Part shown: positions 39,273 through 52,845 of the stretch, piece by piece | How the letters are laid out: the number at the start of each line of letters is the position of its first letter | How positions within the stretch are numbered: the stretch's first letter is position 1 | Assembly (NCBI RefSeq): GCF_001194135.2 | Contig: NC_068995.1 | Coordinates: 14,298,332 to 14,362,331, forward strand | DNA: 64,000 nt | Source of the DNA: Octopus bimaculoides | Taxonomy: Eukaryota | Reading direction: 5' to 3' | Position numbers and translations under genes: made by a program | Notes under the pieces: generated by a model | What the model was told of the DNA's origin: nothing | The model's input: only the letters and a program-made list of their open reading frames with translations | Databases searched by the model: none

Positions 39273-42200
39273 CGGTTCTTTGTTTTCACCCCAAAAGAAC
39301 TTTTGTTTCTGTGATTTAAAAAAAACAAATAACAAAAAGAAAAACGAATAAGAAACCCACAAAGAAACAAAATCTTTCAAAATGCGTACCGTACCAATTA
39401 CTCTTGTAAAGTCTTATTCGTCTCCTGTCAAAGTTGTTACAGATTATATACCCTATGTAAAATGGGATTCACACAATATTATTACCATTACTAACAATCA
39501 GGATGTAAAGAAATCAGTTGGTAAGACATTCTGTATCACTACCTGTAGTAGTAGTAGTAGTAGTAGTAATATAATCATTCTTTATTATCCTTAAGTTTTA
39601 AGGGGTTTCATTTTAGCCATAAAAAATAAAATTGACATTTTATTTTGCAAACACTCTGATGTTTGCAAGATTTTAGTGAAGTATTTATGTTCACGTTTGA
39701 CCAGTTCTAAAATTTATTTTGGATTAATAATAATTAGATTTGTTTTTACTTTTACAACTGCATTTACCAAATATTCTTTTCTATTATAATATTTTATTAC
39801 AATTATATTTTAGAATTATAGTGCAGTTATTATAATTATGTTAAGAATAGGAGATGAAAATAAATTTATGAAGATATAATAAACATAAAAATAACCATAT
39901 AATGACAATGTTATTGTCTCAGAAGAAATCATTTAAAATTTTCAATTTTAATGATTGAGCATTTCATCATAGGTGTGTGTAAAATGGATTTGTCATCACA
40001 CACATGTGCTGTCATACATGCACACATGTACAAGTACTGTCACTGCATATACACAAACACTGTTATCACATGTGACTATTCATATTTTGTGACAGCAAAC
40101 TCACACACTTGTACTTTGTGACCCTGCTAACATGTATGTATTTTGAAACTATACACACACACACTTTGCAACTATACCACACTATCCTTATATCTACTAT
40201 TTCTTATAGATTAAAAACCATGTTTGCTATAAATTTCTTCCAAATAAAGTTTAAGGAGTTTCAAAAATATATTTGTAAGCAAACTTGATTCTATCACATT
40301 CTATATTGATGTTTTAGTTTGTTTACAACAATGACACTGCATTTTCTTTATGTATTTACATTTTAGATAAATATTATTATAGGAATTCTTTCAAAATACT
40401 CTAATGTATCATTCTAGCAGAGCATCAGAAATAAAATACCTTCCCAGATGTAAAATCCATTTAGGCAATTTTTTTTTTTTTTTTTTTCATTCTCGCTTCA
40501 GAAACTTAAAAAGGGAAGTTGTTTACCACCAAAAGAAATATTAAATGAATATTTATTTTAAAATCTGATATTTGACAAATATAAGAAATTTATTCATTGG
40601 TGTAGTTTAATCTTGGATACTTAATTCATTTGCAGCTTCTACTTAAACCTATCTTGCATACTTTTATTATCTGTTGCTTTTAAAAATAACACACTGAATA
40701 TAGGAAATATATTTTTACACGAAACACCTGTGGGAGAGAAATATAGAAATACATGAGTCATTGATGTTCTTACTTTACCATTTCCACAGACACTGATCTT
40801 TTATATCAATCATTTTTATAGCATTTTTTTCTTTTTCCGATTTTTATCGGAATGCTTTACTAATTCTTAAATTCTTAGTAGATATGAAGTATAGTGGTTT
40901 AAAAAATGCTTCATGTATTAGTGGTTGCAAAATCTTGTCTAATTACATTTCTAGTTGATTGTCTATATCTAATTACTAAAAGCTTTCTACAGGATGTGGC
41001 TATGTAAGTAATGTAGTTATACTTTGTAACGCAAGAAGTATATTCTGTCTGCATGTCGCAACTAGCTTTGTCCCTTCATGTCTTAACATTGTAGTGTATA
41101 CGTACATGTATATATATATTTTGTAGGTCTATATCAGTGCTCCTCAACTGGTATGCTATGGCACACTGTGCCGTGAGACAGTGCTAGGTGTGCCATAGTG
41201 TAACCTAAATATTTTTTCCCGTATACTTTTATATGTTTAGTTCAGGTGTGTTGCTGAATTTGAAAAGAATTTAAGTGTACTGTAAGTGAAAAAAAAGGTT
41301 GCGGAGCACTGGTCTATATTCATATTGTCTTAATATTGTACTGTTAGTTGGTCTATATTTATGTTCTTTGGTTGGTCTTATCCTTGTTTTATCTTAATCC
41401 GTTTCTGTATTAGCTCATGTAATCTTTATTATCAATCTCGTGTTCATGATGCCACTCCAGGTTCTCGTCCTGGCCTGCATAGAATCAATGAACACCCTTA
41501 CAAGGGTGGATGAACTGAACAAGGAGTCACTGATCATCCATCAAATTCACAAATGAAGCAAGCTCTCATCCATCCATCAAGGCTTTTGAATCTTGCATTG
41601 CTGACTCTCTTGACTTCTCTGCACCCACTTGTCCCTATGACATACTGGGACTTGCTTTTCCTCTGACTCAGGAAGATCTGAGCAAGAGCAGCCCTCCCTT
41701 GATAAGTGCAGGGACCACCCAAGATGATTTAAATTAGTCCTGGTTAAGAATGTTTTTTTTTTTTTTTTTTTTTTGCATTGTCAGAAACAATAGATGCATG
41801 GTGTTCCATATGTGTGAAAGAATAAATCTCTAATATCTTTATTAGGCTGCATGTATCCTTTTATGCACGAGTTCAGAAATTTGTTTTGGGTTCCTCAATA
41901 ATAATAATAATAATAATAATACCGTTGTCGAAAATCTACAATAAGATTATTTTCTCTTTTACCTTTTTGGTGGTGTGTAATATCAGTATCTGGACCATAT
42001 TGGCCATTTTGTATTGAGNNNNNNNNNNNNNNNNNNNNNNNNNNNNNNNNNNNNNNNNNNNNNNNNNNNNNNNNNNNNNNNNNNNNNNNNNNNNNNNNNN
42101 NNNNNNNNNNNNNNNNNNNNNNNNNNNNNNNNNNNNNNNNNNNNNNNNNNNNNNNNNNNNNNNNNNNNNNNNNNNNNNNNNNNNNNNNNNNNNNNNNNNN

Positions 42201-44734
42201 NNNNNNNNNNNNNNNNNNNNNNNNNNNNNNNNNNNNNNNNNNNNNNNNNNNNNNNNNNNNNNNNNNNNNNNNNNNNNNNNNNNNNNNNNNNNNNNNNNNN
42301 NNNNNNNNNNNNNNNNNNNNNNNNNNNNNNNNNNNNNNNNNNNNNNNNNTTTTTTTTTTTTTTTTTTTTTTTTTCTTTAATAGTCAGTTTTATAGAAGTC
42401 TAATTTAGTCAAAAACAATTGGAAAATTTTGAAGAAAACTGGTTGGAAATCATTCTGAATGATCACCAGGTTTTAAAAAAATCCCAAAATATAAATATTA
42501 CCTCTATAAAGATAAATAAAATGAAGTTTGTCTACATTTAAATCTTTTCCACTTAGTTAACAAATACATTGTCATCTTTATTCAAAATCAGCTAATCGAT
42601 ATTTTGTCAATTTTATATTGACTACATATCATTAAGGAATTTACTCTTGGCCTAAGAAAGCTTAATCCTTCGATATCACCACCACTGAATTCATCTTTGA
42701 TTCAGTTATAAAAGATTGCCTATTTTCAAGGTTTCATATTAAAATTAAAACCTGTCATCATAATTTAATGTAAGATGCTATTGTTAAATTATTTCCTTAT
42801 TAAGCTACTATTTTGAACATAAATGAAAAACTTATTTTCTAAATTTCCACTCTCCCAGATTTTTGATTATTTTCTAAATTAATTAAAAATTTAAATATAG
42901 ACAGTAAACGGTTAAAATAGAAATTGCAGGCAACAACTATTGTGATGCGTCCAACAAACGGATTCAACTGACGTAATCTGGTTCATCACTATTTTTCAGT
43001 TATGAAATACATGCAACATCATTTGATTAACTATCATTTGTTCATTTGAAACAGTGTCAGGAATTGGTGCCACTTGCTCATTTTTGCCTATATCTTGACC
43101 AAATTTTTACCATTTTAAGGCAATTTCTCGAATACTGCTTACTACTGATTTATTATATCCATCCAACAACTCAAAATTGATGGGATAATTATAAACAATC
43201 CTTACTACATCATTTAATTTCTTCCCAATCTGTACTGATTTTAGAAAACTAAATTCCCTTTGACCACTTTCATATATCACATCAGTGGCTTCTTGCCCTT
43301 AACTTCAATAACAGCAATGTTACTGTTCTTGACCTCATTGAAAGTCTTCTATTCTGTCTGGTAATGAAAGTCAGATGCAACTGCCTGTTCATAAAACTCC
43401 ATTACAACTGAGTTGAGAAGTTCCTGATATCTCCTTGTGTAAACAAGTTTTGTCTTTTATTATCACTCTATTGATTCTATATCAGATTCCTTTCTGACCT
43501 TCACTTCCTTCAATGGCCTATTTACTTATCTCCCTTATTTTATCACAATGACTTTGTTCATATGAAATGTCAACACTTTCTGTGAGTTCTGCTTATCTTT
43601 GAACAGCTGAAATGGAGATTTGAAACACTTGACATTTTAAAGAACAAATTTGCAACTCTGCTTCCTCTGTACTCTCAGAACAACATACATTTCAAACCAC
43701 CACATTACTTAAATATACTGTTTAAATAGATCTCAAATCTTATCACACTGCTTCCCACCTCACAATTTTCTAAGTTAAGTTTGCTTCACAAAATTGTGCT
43801 CCCTTTTTAGGCTCATGAAAATACTATTTCAGCTCTGAATTGCTACTTTTTACGAAACTGAAATACACACTGCACTAGAACACTAGGGCGACTGTAGGTT
43901 TACTTAACCCCTAAAGTGCTGGGATTTGCACTTACGCAGCGTGGGCTGCTGAGCACATTTTATGAAAATGAGACTACCATGCAGACATAAAAAGCAAAAA
44001 ATAGTTAGAGTATCCTAGTATATAATGGTGGCAAGTTTTACATCATCTGAAAAATCATTAGTTGAATTATTAGTCCTCTTGCATTCTGGAGGGTATCGGA
44101 GCGTTTGAGTGACATTAAACCCCAACAAACGCCCATAAATTAAATGCATCTATCTGGGCCATGATTGTGGCCTGTCAACCTGTGCCTAACGGCCACGATT
44201 GTGGCCCGTTGCACTTTGTGTTAATTCACACATGAAATTTCGACTGCACCTTAAGAAAATTCTCACATGCTATCGATTTACTGAAACTTTTAAAACCTCT
44301 GGCCCACCATTCAAATGTTGTCTGTCTGCTTCTGTACTGCTATATTGAACTCGTGTTCTTTTGCTTTACTTTCTGTCTACCACTTTCAGCTTCTTCTCTT
44401 TGCCTTCAGTATCTCAACTCGTTCACATTGTCACTAAACTCTGTACTAAACACCTTTTCTAATCCTTATATAATCACAAACTGCTTCTCTTCATTTTTTT
44501 CTCCCTCCAACCATTCAAACTGAGTTCACACAGTTGTCTCTATCCTTCCGTCCTGTATAAATTTGCTGTAAAAGTGTCCTCCTCTCCCTCTCCCTTTCAC
44601 TTGATGGGACACTAAAAATTTGGATTCTTTATACTTTATCTTATGTGTGTGTGTATGTATATAATGCACACACACACACATGTTCATTCACAGTTATTTT
44701 CGCGCATCTACGGCAGCTGAAAGAAAAAAACTGA

Positions 44735-44769
<35 letters not shown>

Positions 44770-47700
44770 TATTAGAGCCATGCAGAAAATAGAATTAACT
44801 TATCACCTAGATTTGCCATAGCTTTATGGTGCTTTCACAGTTATTTGTTGTTTTTTTTTTTTCCACCTGACTAGCATCTTTTCTCAGTTACAGAAAAATG
44901 CAATTTTTCTTTCAAAGAATTTTTTTTTTTTTTGTGCAAACTCCTGTTACAAATTTCAGATTATCTTAATTAAACCATATCATTTCATTGTATGAACATT
45001 TTTATATTTAAGAATTTAATCTTTCTTAGTTGATAAAATAATACTGCTCCATTATTAAATATCATTTGCGCTTTGTTATTGGGCAACCAATGCCATAAAT
45101 GAAAGCATCATTGTTTATAAACTTGTGTGTTAACAACATTGACTTTTTTGTCTCTTAATTGTATTTGTTTTAAATTAAAATTAGAAACTTCAGCATAGTT
45201 TAACTGCAGTATAGCAATTGTCTTGCTGTAAGAAATACAAAGAAAAAAAACTTTGAAATGTATGTATTGTCTAATTCTTGTTTCTAAAACATTTAGACAA
45301 AATATATTTAAACAAATATTTATGTAATGCTCAGTTTAGGAAATTATCATTTTACTAATGTTAATTTCAGTGTTATAATTTAATAAAAATATGTAATTAA
45401 TATCTCTCCTGTTTCATTGTAGGCACAAGTCCTTTCGATATGACTGCTTCTGTAACCAGCCCATCAGGTGTAACTGAAGTTTGCGATGTAATTAGCTTAA
45501 ATGACTGTCACTATAGTATCAAATTCGTTCCCAAAGAAATGGGAGTCCATACAGTTAGTGTAAAGCACAAAGACATGCATATTCCAGGTGAGCATATTTT
45601 AAGTTACTTTGAGCATTTTATATTATTCTCAGATATAAAAAATAAAAATAAAAAACAATTCATTTTGAAATTTCAGATTTGATTTCCAGATCTATGTATA
45701 TCTAAATTATTCTTTGTATTTTTCGTTTTTAGGCAGCCCCTTTGAATTCACAGTTGGGCCTATTACTGGAGGCGGAGCCCACAAAGTGCATGCAGCTGGT
45801 CCTGGCTTAGAGAAAGGAGAAGTACACTCACCTTGTAAGTAATTTAATCATAATTACAAATGGAGACCAAAATATTACATATTTGTAAATTCTTGGTTTC
45901 TTTTTCCCACTTGACATGTAAAATCAAAAATCTGATATTAACTTCCAAAATAGTTCACATTAATCTTTTAGCTCTGCTTCAATCATAAATAACTCTGTAT
46001 TATTGCAGCAGCCTTTCTTTACTCCTGGTCATACACATCTTATACAACAGTTGTTTCTCCTCTATTTCTAAAGGTGAATTCAACATTTATACTCGGGAAG
46101 CTGGTGCTGGTGGTTTGTCTATTGCTGTTGAGGGGCCATCTAAAGCTGAAATAGATTTTGAAGATAGAAAAGATGGTTCTTGTGGTGTGAACTATGTATG
46201 CACTGAGCCTGGTCAGTATCCTGCTTATTTATTAATTTCGCATTCTTTTCGCTTTGTAATTATCTCTTGCTGTAAAATTATAATTTGGTTGTGTTGCAAT
46301 TGGAATTTGACTGTTATAGATCCAAGTTATGACATATTATTATTTATATAATTTGCAGGAGAGTACCTGGTATCTGTTAAATTTAACGATGAACACATCC
46401 CAGAGTCACCTTTCAGAGTGGCCATTTCGCCAAGTGTTGGAGATGCTCAAAAACTCTCAGTTCATTCTCTTCAAGAGAAAGGATTGCAGGTAATATTGCT
46501 AACGTTGTATTCTCTTTTTGACAGAATAAGAGGTTATATATATATATATAAATAACCACAGATCTTCTCAGTTGTAAACAGAGGTTCCAGCCATGACCAT
46601 CTCCTCTTTAATAGGTCTTGAAAATATTGTCCAGTGTCTCAGTCTGGTGCAGCCTTCTAGTATGCCTGGCCACTCAAACCGTCCAACCCATGCCAGCATG
46701 GACAACCGACATTAAATGATGATTTGCATAAATGATTTAGAACAACTTCCTTTTGGAATGATTGCTTCATATGTCACTCCCTACCCAGAAAAAGAAGAAA
46801 CGTTTACTTTTGCTGTGTAAAGTACAAACATAGCTTAGTGGTTTAGAAGTTTGCCTCTTGACTGTGATTTTGTTATTAGTCCCATTGTTGCAAGACGTTT
46901 GGATAATACTTTGAAAGTTAATTTGATCAATAGAAACTGTACAAAGCCCATTGTTTATGTCGGTGTTTGCATGGTTATTCATGTTAGCTTATATATCAAC
47001 TTGTGCAGAAAGACAATTTGATATTAACGAAGGGTCACCAAATGGTTTTTAGTAGAGCACATATCAATTTTTACAAGGGAATGATTGATTCTTTGAAGTT
47101 TCATCTGGTTTACCATCTGGTTTACCATCACATACATACAAGTGTGTGTGTTTGTGTGAATTTTAGTTTTGAACATAGTGTTGCATGGGTTCATAAAAAT
47201 AACTAAATTGAGTTTAAGGATCTTTTCTAGATGTCATCCCTTAATTTTGATGTCAAAGAGTTTGTAAGAATTTAAAACCTTTATTCATTAGTTTTTGTTG
47301 TTCCTTTCTAGGTAAACAAGCCTGCCGTCTTCAAAGTGTCTTTCAATGGTGCTCATGGCAAACTGCTTGCAAAGGTTGTTTCACCCTCTGGAGTAGAGGA
47401 TGATGCTTTAGTCAATGAAATTAATGAAGGTAATTATATTTATTGTATTGGTCTTTGTAAGTTGTTTCCCTCCTTTTTATTTTATTTTTCCCCCCCCTTC
47501 CATGTTCTGCTTGTTAACAACTTATTTAACCCTTTGAACTCAGGGGATGTAAAAAGTGAGTGGTCACATGGTTTTGTGTTTGCCTGGCTCTCTGTTGGTT
47601 ACAACGATGAGTGTCCCAGTCGATCCAATCAACAGAACAATCTGCTCATGAAATATGATGTGCAATTGGCTAAGCACTTAACAAATACGCGTACACTTAA

Positions 47701-49576
47701 TGTAGTTCTCTGGGAGACACAGCATGATGCAGAATACGACTAGGCTGGCCCTTTGAACTACAGGTACAAATCATTTTTGCCAGCTGAGTGGACTGGAGTA
47801 ACAAGAAATAAAGTCTTGCTCAATGACACAATACAGAGCTGAGACTAGAACTCGAGGCTTTCTGAACATGAGCTAAATGTCTCAGTCATGAAACCATATA
47901 TCTTTAGTGTTTATGGCTGACTGAAAATAAAATGGTTTCTGCGAATTAAAGCTATGTGGCTGCTTGTTTTTAGATCTTACAGGGGATAGTTAAATGAAAT
48001 TGCACCTTCTAAAGCATACTCAGGTTCAAAGGGTTAAAACTGTATTTGTAGCCATAAGAAAATAGAAAAAAAAAAAAGAGATTATCTAAAATTGTATTTC
48101 AGCAAATATTGACTTTAATGTATTTCAATAACTTTTATTTCTAACATCAAATGAGTTTTATTTTTAGCTTAAAATGTTTTGTAAATATATTTCAATTATA
48201 GTCGTACTCTCTAAAAGGAAAATATAACAAATTACAAATTGTTTATAATGTTTAGACAAGAAAGACCTTACTTTTCTCCTTCAGCCCAGAAAACACTACC
48301 TTCCAGAGTAGGTAAGAGTGCCTTGTCACTGCTGACACAAGACTCACATTTCGGCCCATTCTGACATATTTCTGACTGTTTTTAGTCAGAAATAGTTGGT
48401 TGAATGCAGTCACCTCCTCCTCCTCCTACCTATTTATTCATTTTATTTTACCAATCACTCATCTGTTTTTGCAAATTTTAATTTTTTTTTTTTTTTTTTT
48501 TAATTAAATATTAAAACAGATTCTCTATTTTTGCACAAAATTCTTATTCCCCTATAAAGCAACTCTTAATTTTTATTTTATTTTGAAGAAGCGTTTTACT
48601 ACTGTCTTTTATCTAACCATTTCTCATTAAAAAAAAGGAATCGGTTAATATTTCATTCCTTACATATATCTCATTAATATTTTAACGCTCGTCTCATTCA
48701 TACATTTTTCCAGTAAGTAAATAAAATGAAGATTTTATAGCAGTAACCATATCTTAATTTTCATCATAGTTATACTTCTTGACATTTTTACCATGCTGAC
48801 ATCAGTTCCATTAGATCTACAATACCATTTACATTGCAACAATGTACTTCATTCTGCCTTTGGCACATGTTTTGATTAGATTTTATTCACACTTAAAACA
48901 CAATAGATTTCTCACATCATTAGCATGATATTCTAAATTTGAAGAGGCAGGACATAACCTATTGAATTCAATTTAGTACATGTTCACTACTGAATATGAT
49001 CTCATGCAAGACAGATAAAAGCCAAAAGTTGATTTTATTCCAGTAAATAATAATAATATTAATCTGTAGTATACATCATTTTAGTTGAGCAGTAATCTTG
49101 TTTCTTGATTGTTATTGGTGTTTTCTGCAAATGTCATCAAATTCTGGTAGCTAAGGGAGAAAAAGCCTGTAGCTTTCCATTATCTCTCAGACCTAGTCTT
49201 GAAAATTTCAGGCATTAGTTTTGGAGAATATTCTTGGAATCTATAATCCTGAAAATAAATTGAAGAGCTTTATAACTAAAGATTCCATAATCTCTTTGTA
49301 AGCTCTATTATGAAGCACAATTATATACACACACCTACACTTTATTTTGGGGTTAACAAGGCTATGTCTCCATTTTGGAGAAAAACACCAATGTTCCCAT
49401 GAGGCAGACTTGATAATTAAATTCGGCATGAAACCATTGGTAGACTTGATAACCCACAAATAAAGAATATCTATTCACCAGTGCAGTATTGATCATTCAT
49501 TCTCACTGTTCAATATTAATGTGTGTATATATATATGTGTGTGTGTGTATGTATGTATGTATATATATATATATAC

Positions 49577-49618
<42 letters not shown>

Positions 49619-52600
49619 TTATTATTAATCAGTGGAAGTTACAAAGTAACATATGAGTGGAAAGTTTCATACAGAAACACTGACCAAACTTAAGTGCTTT
49701 GTCTGAAACAACTGGCCCTTATGTCACTTTTATAACATCTACCAATTAAAAAAAAAATATGCATGTATACTCATTGAGTTTTATTTGTCCTGTCTGTTCT
49801 ACCATATATATATAACATTTGTGTGTGTGTTCATGTCTAAGACTGGGTTCACTAGTCACCAACAACTGTCGGGTTAGACGAAAGAGCTGACTTCTGTCTG
49901 TTCCTGACAAAAGATTGTATGACATGCAGCACTTGAAGATTTGCAAATTTAATATCAGCTTAAAGGCATTTATCTTTCATACTGATATTCACATTTGCAT
50001 CTTTCTTTATAAAGTCTGCCCAAAAGACACATAAGAGCTTAGCAGACTTTAAAAGAGTCTGTTACAAGTGCAGTTTTAATGGGCAGTGATGGTCTTCCTC
50101 AGACATAAATGTATGTGTGTGTATATATATATATCTATATATATATATAAACTTACTGAAGGTTAACATTATAATTACCTTAATCACTTTGCAGGACACA
50201 TTTTCACAAATTATATTTTGTGTGTATGTGCATGCATGTGTGTGTATATGCACATAATTTGTGTTTAATTTTTTTTTTTTTTTTGCATTGCTTTTCATAT
50301 AAACATTTTTGTTAGCAATCATCATTAATTTGCATCATGCTAATTAATTTTAGCTATTGTACACCTGTTTGTCATCAAATCTCTCATTAATTCTTAAGCC
50401 TCAGCAACTTAGTCATTTCCCCCTTCCTTCACTACCTTAAACCTGCTGCTTTTGATTTGAGACACACACACACACACACACACACACACTTATATTACAT
50501 TTTATACCACATTTAAATGACTACAGCAGGCAGGCCCAGGTGATAGTGTACTGGTACCTAATTATTAATAATATAAATACACTCTCCACTAGTATCACAC
50601 TTAATACATCCTATTAATACTGTGGCTTTTGTTTCTTGTAAATATGTCCCGTAGTGTGATCTATTGGGTGTCCCGATTGGGCTTAGAGTTACTGGTGCAT
50701 TGAAGAGTGAAACTATGAATTCTATCACTGAATCTGTAGAGAAGGCCACCAGGTGACTTTTTGGGATAAAGAGGACTGACCGGCAGTCTACTGCTATCAG
50801 TATACAGGCTGGAACTTGATCAACCCCAGCTGGGCAAAACCCAAAACTTTGAGACCTCAGAAACTTCACTGACTATGCATCCCAGAGCATCCACAAGACA
50901 GGTCTTAAAACTATGATGTTGGTCATAATTTATGACCATATATTTTCAGTTTTTCTATTAACTGAACTACCAAGCACATTGAATTGTCACATAAGTGGCT
51001 GAGTATCTCACACACACAAGTATTCTTAAAGTAATTCTGTTATGGAATTGGCATGACAAAGCTGAACCTTTTCACTGTCAGATACAATCCATCTGACAGG
51101 CTTCCATGCAGTTCCTGTCTCTCCAGTTACACTTGCTAGATACAAGGTAATCTGAGAATATAGAAAATGACACTTGCTCAAGATATCTTGCAGTGGAATT
51201 GAACTCAGAACCTTGTAATCATCAAGTGAATTTCTTAACCATTCAACTATACATAATTTCCTAACATGTATATGGTTAATTGAAAATTAAAGATGATAGT
51301 TTCTGCCATTTGTTATCATTGATGCACATGCATGCATGCATGCATACAAACACATGCTGTCATTAGTATGAACAAAGATGAAAGCACTCAATATGAACAG
51401 CTATATGTGTATCATACTTAATATAAATACATAGTTGAAAGGCAAGCATGCCCATCCATCAGAGATGTTATCTCTGGACAAATACTACAGTTAATTTACC
51501 CTTTCACTGTATTTACATTATGATACACAGATGGCTATTTTAATCTGTTCTTTTGCATAAGATGGATTTGATATGATTGAGAGTATAGAATCTATTGAGT
51601 TGGTGCGTAATTATTGCAACTTTTTTCAACAAATTTAATTCGACGAAAACAATAACAATATTTAACAAAAACATCTTTAAATGAGGGTCTGACTGTCTGC
51701 CAAGCAAATGGGAAGCAGTAATTGAAGTAGATGGTGAATATGCTTCGGAAGAATCATTTAAAGATGTTTTTGTTACATGTTGTTTTTGTTGAATAAAATT
51801 TGTTGAAAAAAGCCNNNNNNNNNNTATATAAATAATATTAGGGACAGAATCCAAAATTACAGGTAAAAAACTCAATTAAAATCAATTTATTAAAATTAAA
51901 TTGAGCCTTATAGATAAAGTATATATAAAATATATAGTTTTAGGGAAAATATATATATGAAAAGATACATAACATTTAACTGTATGTAGACATACTGATA
52001 ACTTCATGGTGTTTGAACAGATATTGTGAAACTTCTTATCTCATTTATCTTCCTATATATATACATATATAAAACTTCATTTTTGCCGTTAAGATGTATT
52101 AGGGTTATTTCTCTCTTACATGACACTGGTGTACATTTTTATTTGGCCTTTTTATACATTGCTTATGTGTCACACATAATCACTTATTTTTGTTTAAATT
52201 TACATTCTGCTGTGTTTCAATCGTTAGAGTAAACTGTAGTTCATTTTAAACCATTAACGTTTTGTTTATTAATTTTGTCTACAATTTTGTTTTTAAGTGA
52301 AACTAATTTAAATATGTCTATCTGCCATTGTTAGATATACAACAGCTCAAATATTTTTTTTTGCTTTGACTTACAAATAAAAAATAAAATCCATGTTAGT
52401 GGGTAGATCCACATTACTCTGTAAGAAGCATAGGCTTGACTTCCTGGTTTCTCAGGTGTATATATTCCTTCCTGAATGGGACGCTAGCCCATCGCAGGAT
52501 TACTCATTTTTACCAGCTGAGTGGACTGGAACAACATGAAGTGCTTTGCTCAAGAACACAACTCATTGCCCAGTCCAGAAATTGAAACTACAATCTTACA

Positions 52601-52814
52601 GCCATAACCACAAAGCCATGTACCTTCACTAGATATTCTATGGTGGTAATAAATTAGTATTTGTTTGCTCTCCCTGCCAGTTTTCTCAAGATATTTGAAA
52701 ACTTTGTAGAAATTAGAACCATTTAATGTGGCTTGTGAAAGAAAATTTTAGTGATTTACTTTGTAACTTTAGGTCAAGGTATTGGTTTGACAGAAACCTG
52801 GATTTGTCTTTGGT

Positions 52815-52845
<31 letters not shown>

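Noticed and set aside
41461-41505. 45-nt phase-1 cassette [15 protein letters not shown]
   Set aside because: Donor gtggat is poor, and the peptide does not resemble the missing GSPF exon.
50558-50869. 103-aa minus-strand ORF suggesting a nested gene
   Set aside because: It is the antisense frame of the HERO-like relic on +; no start or splice context and no recognisable domain.
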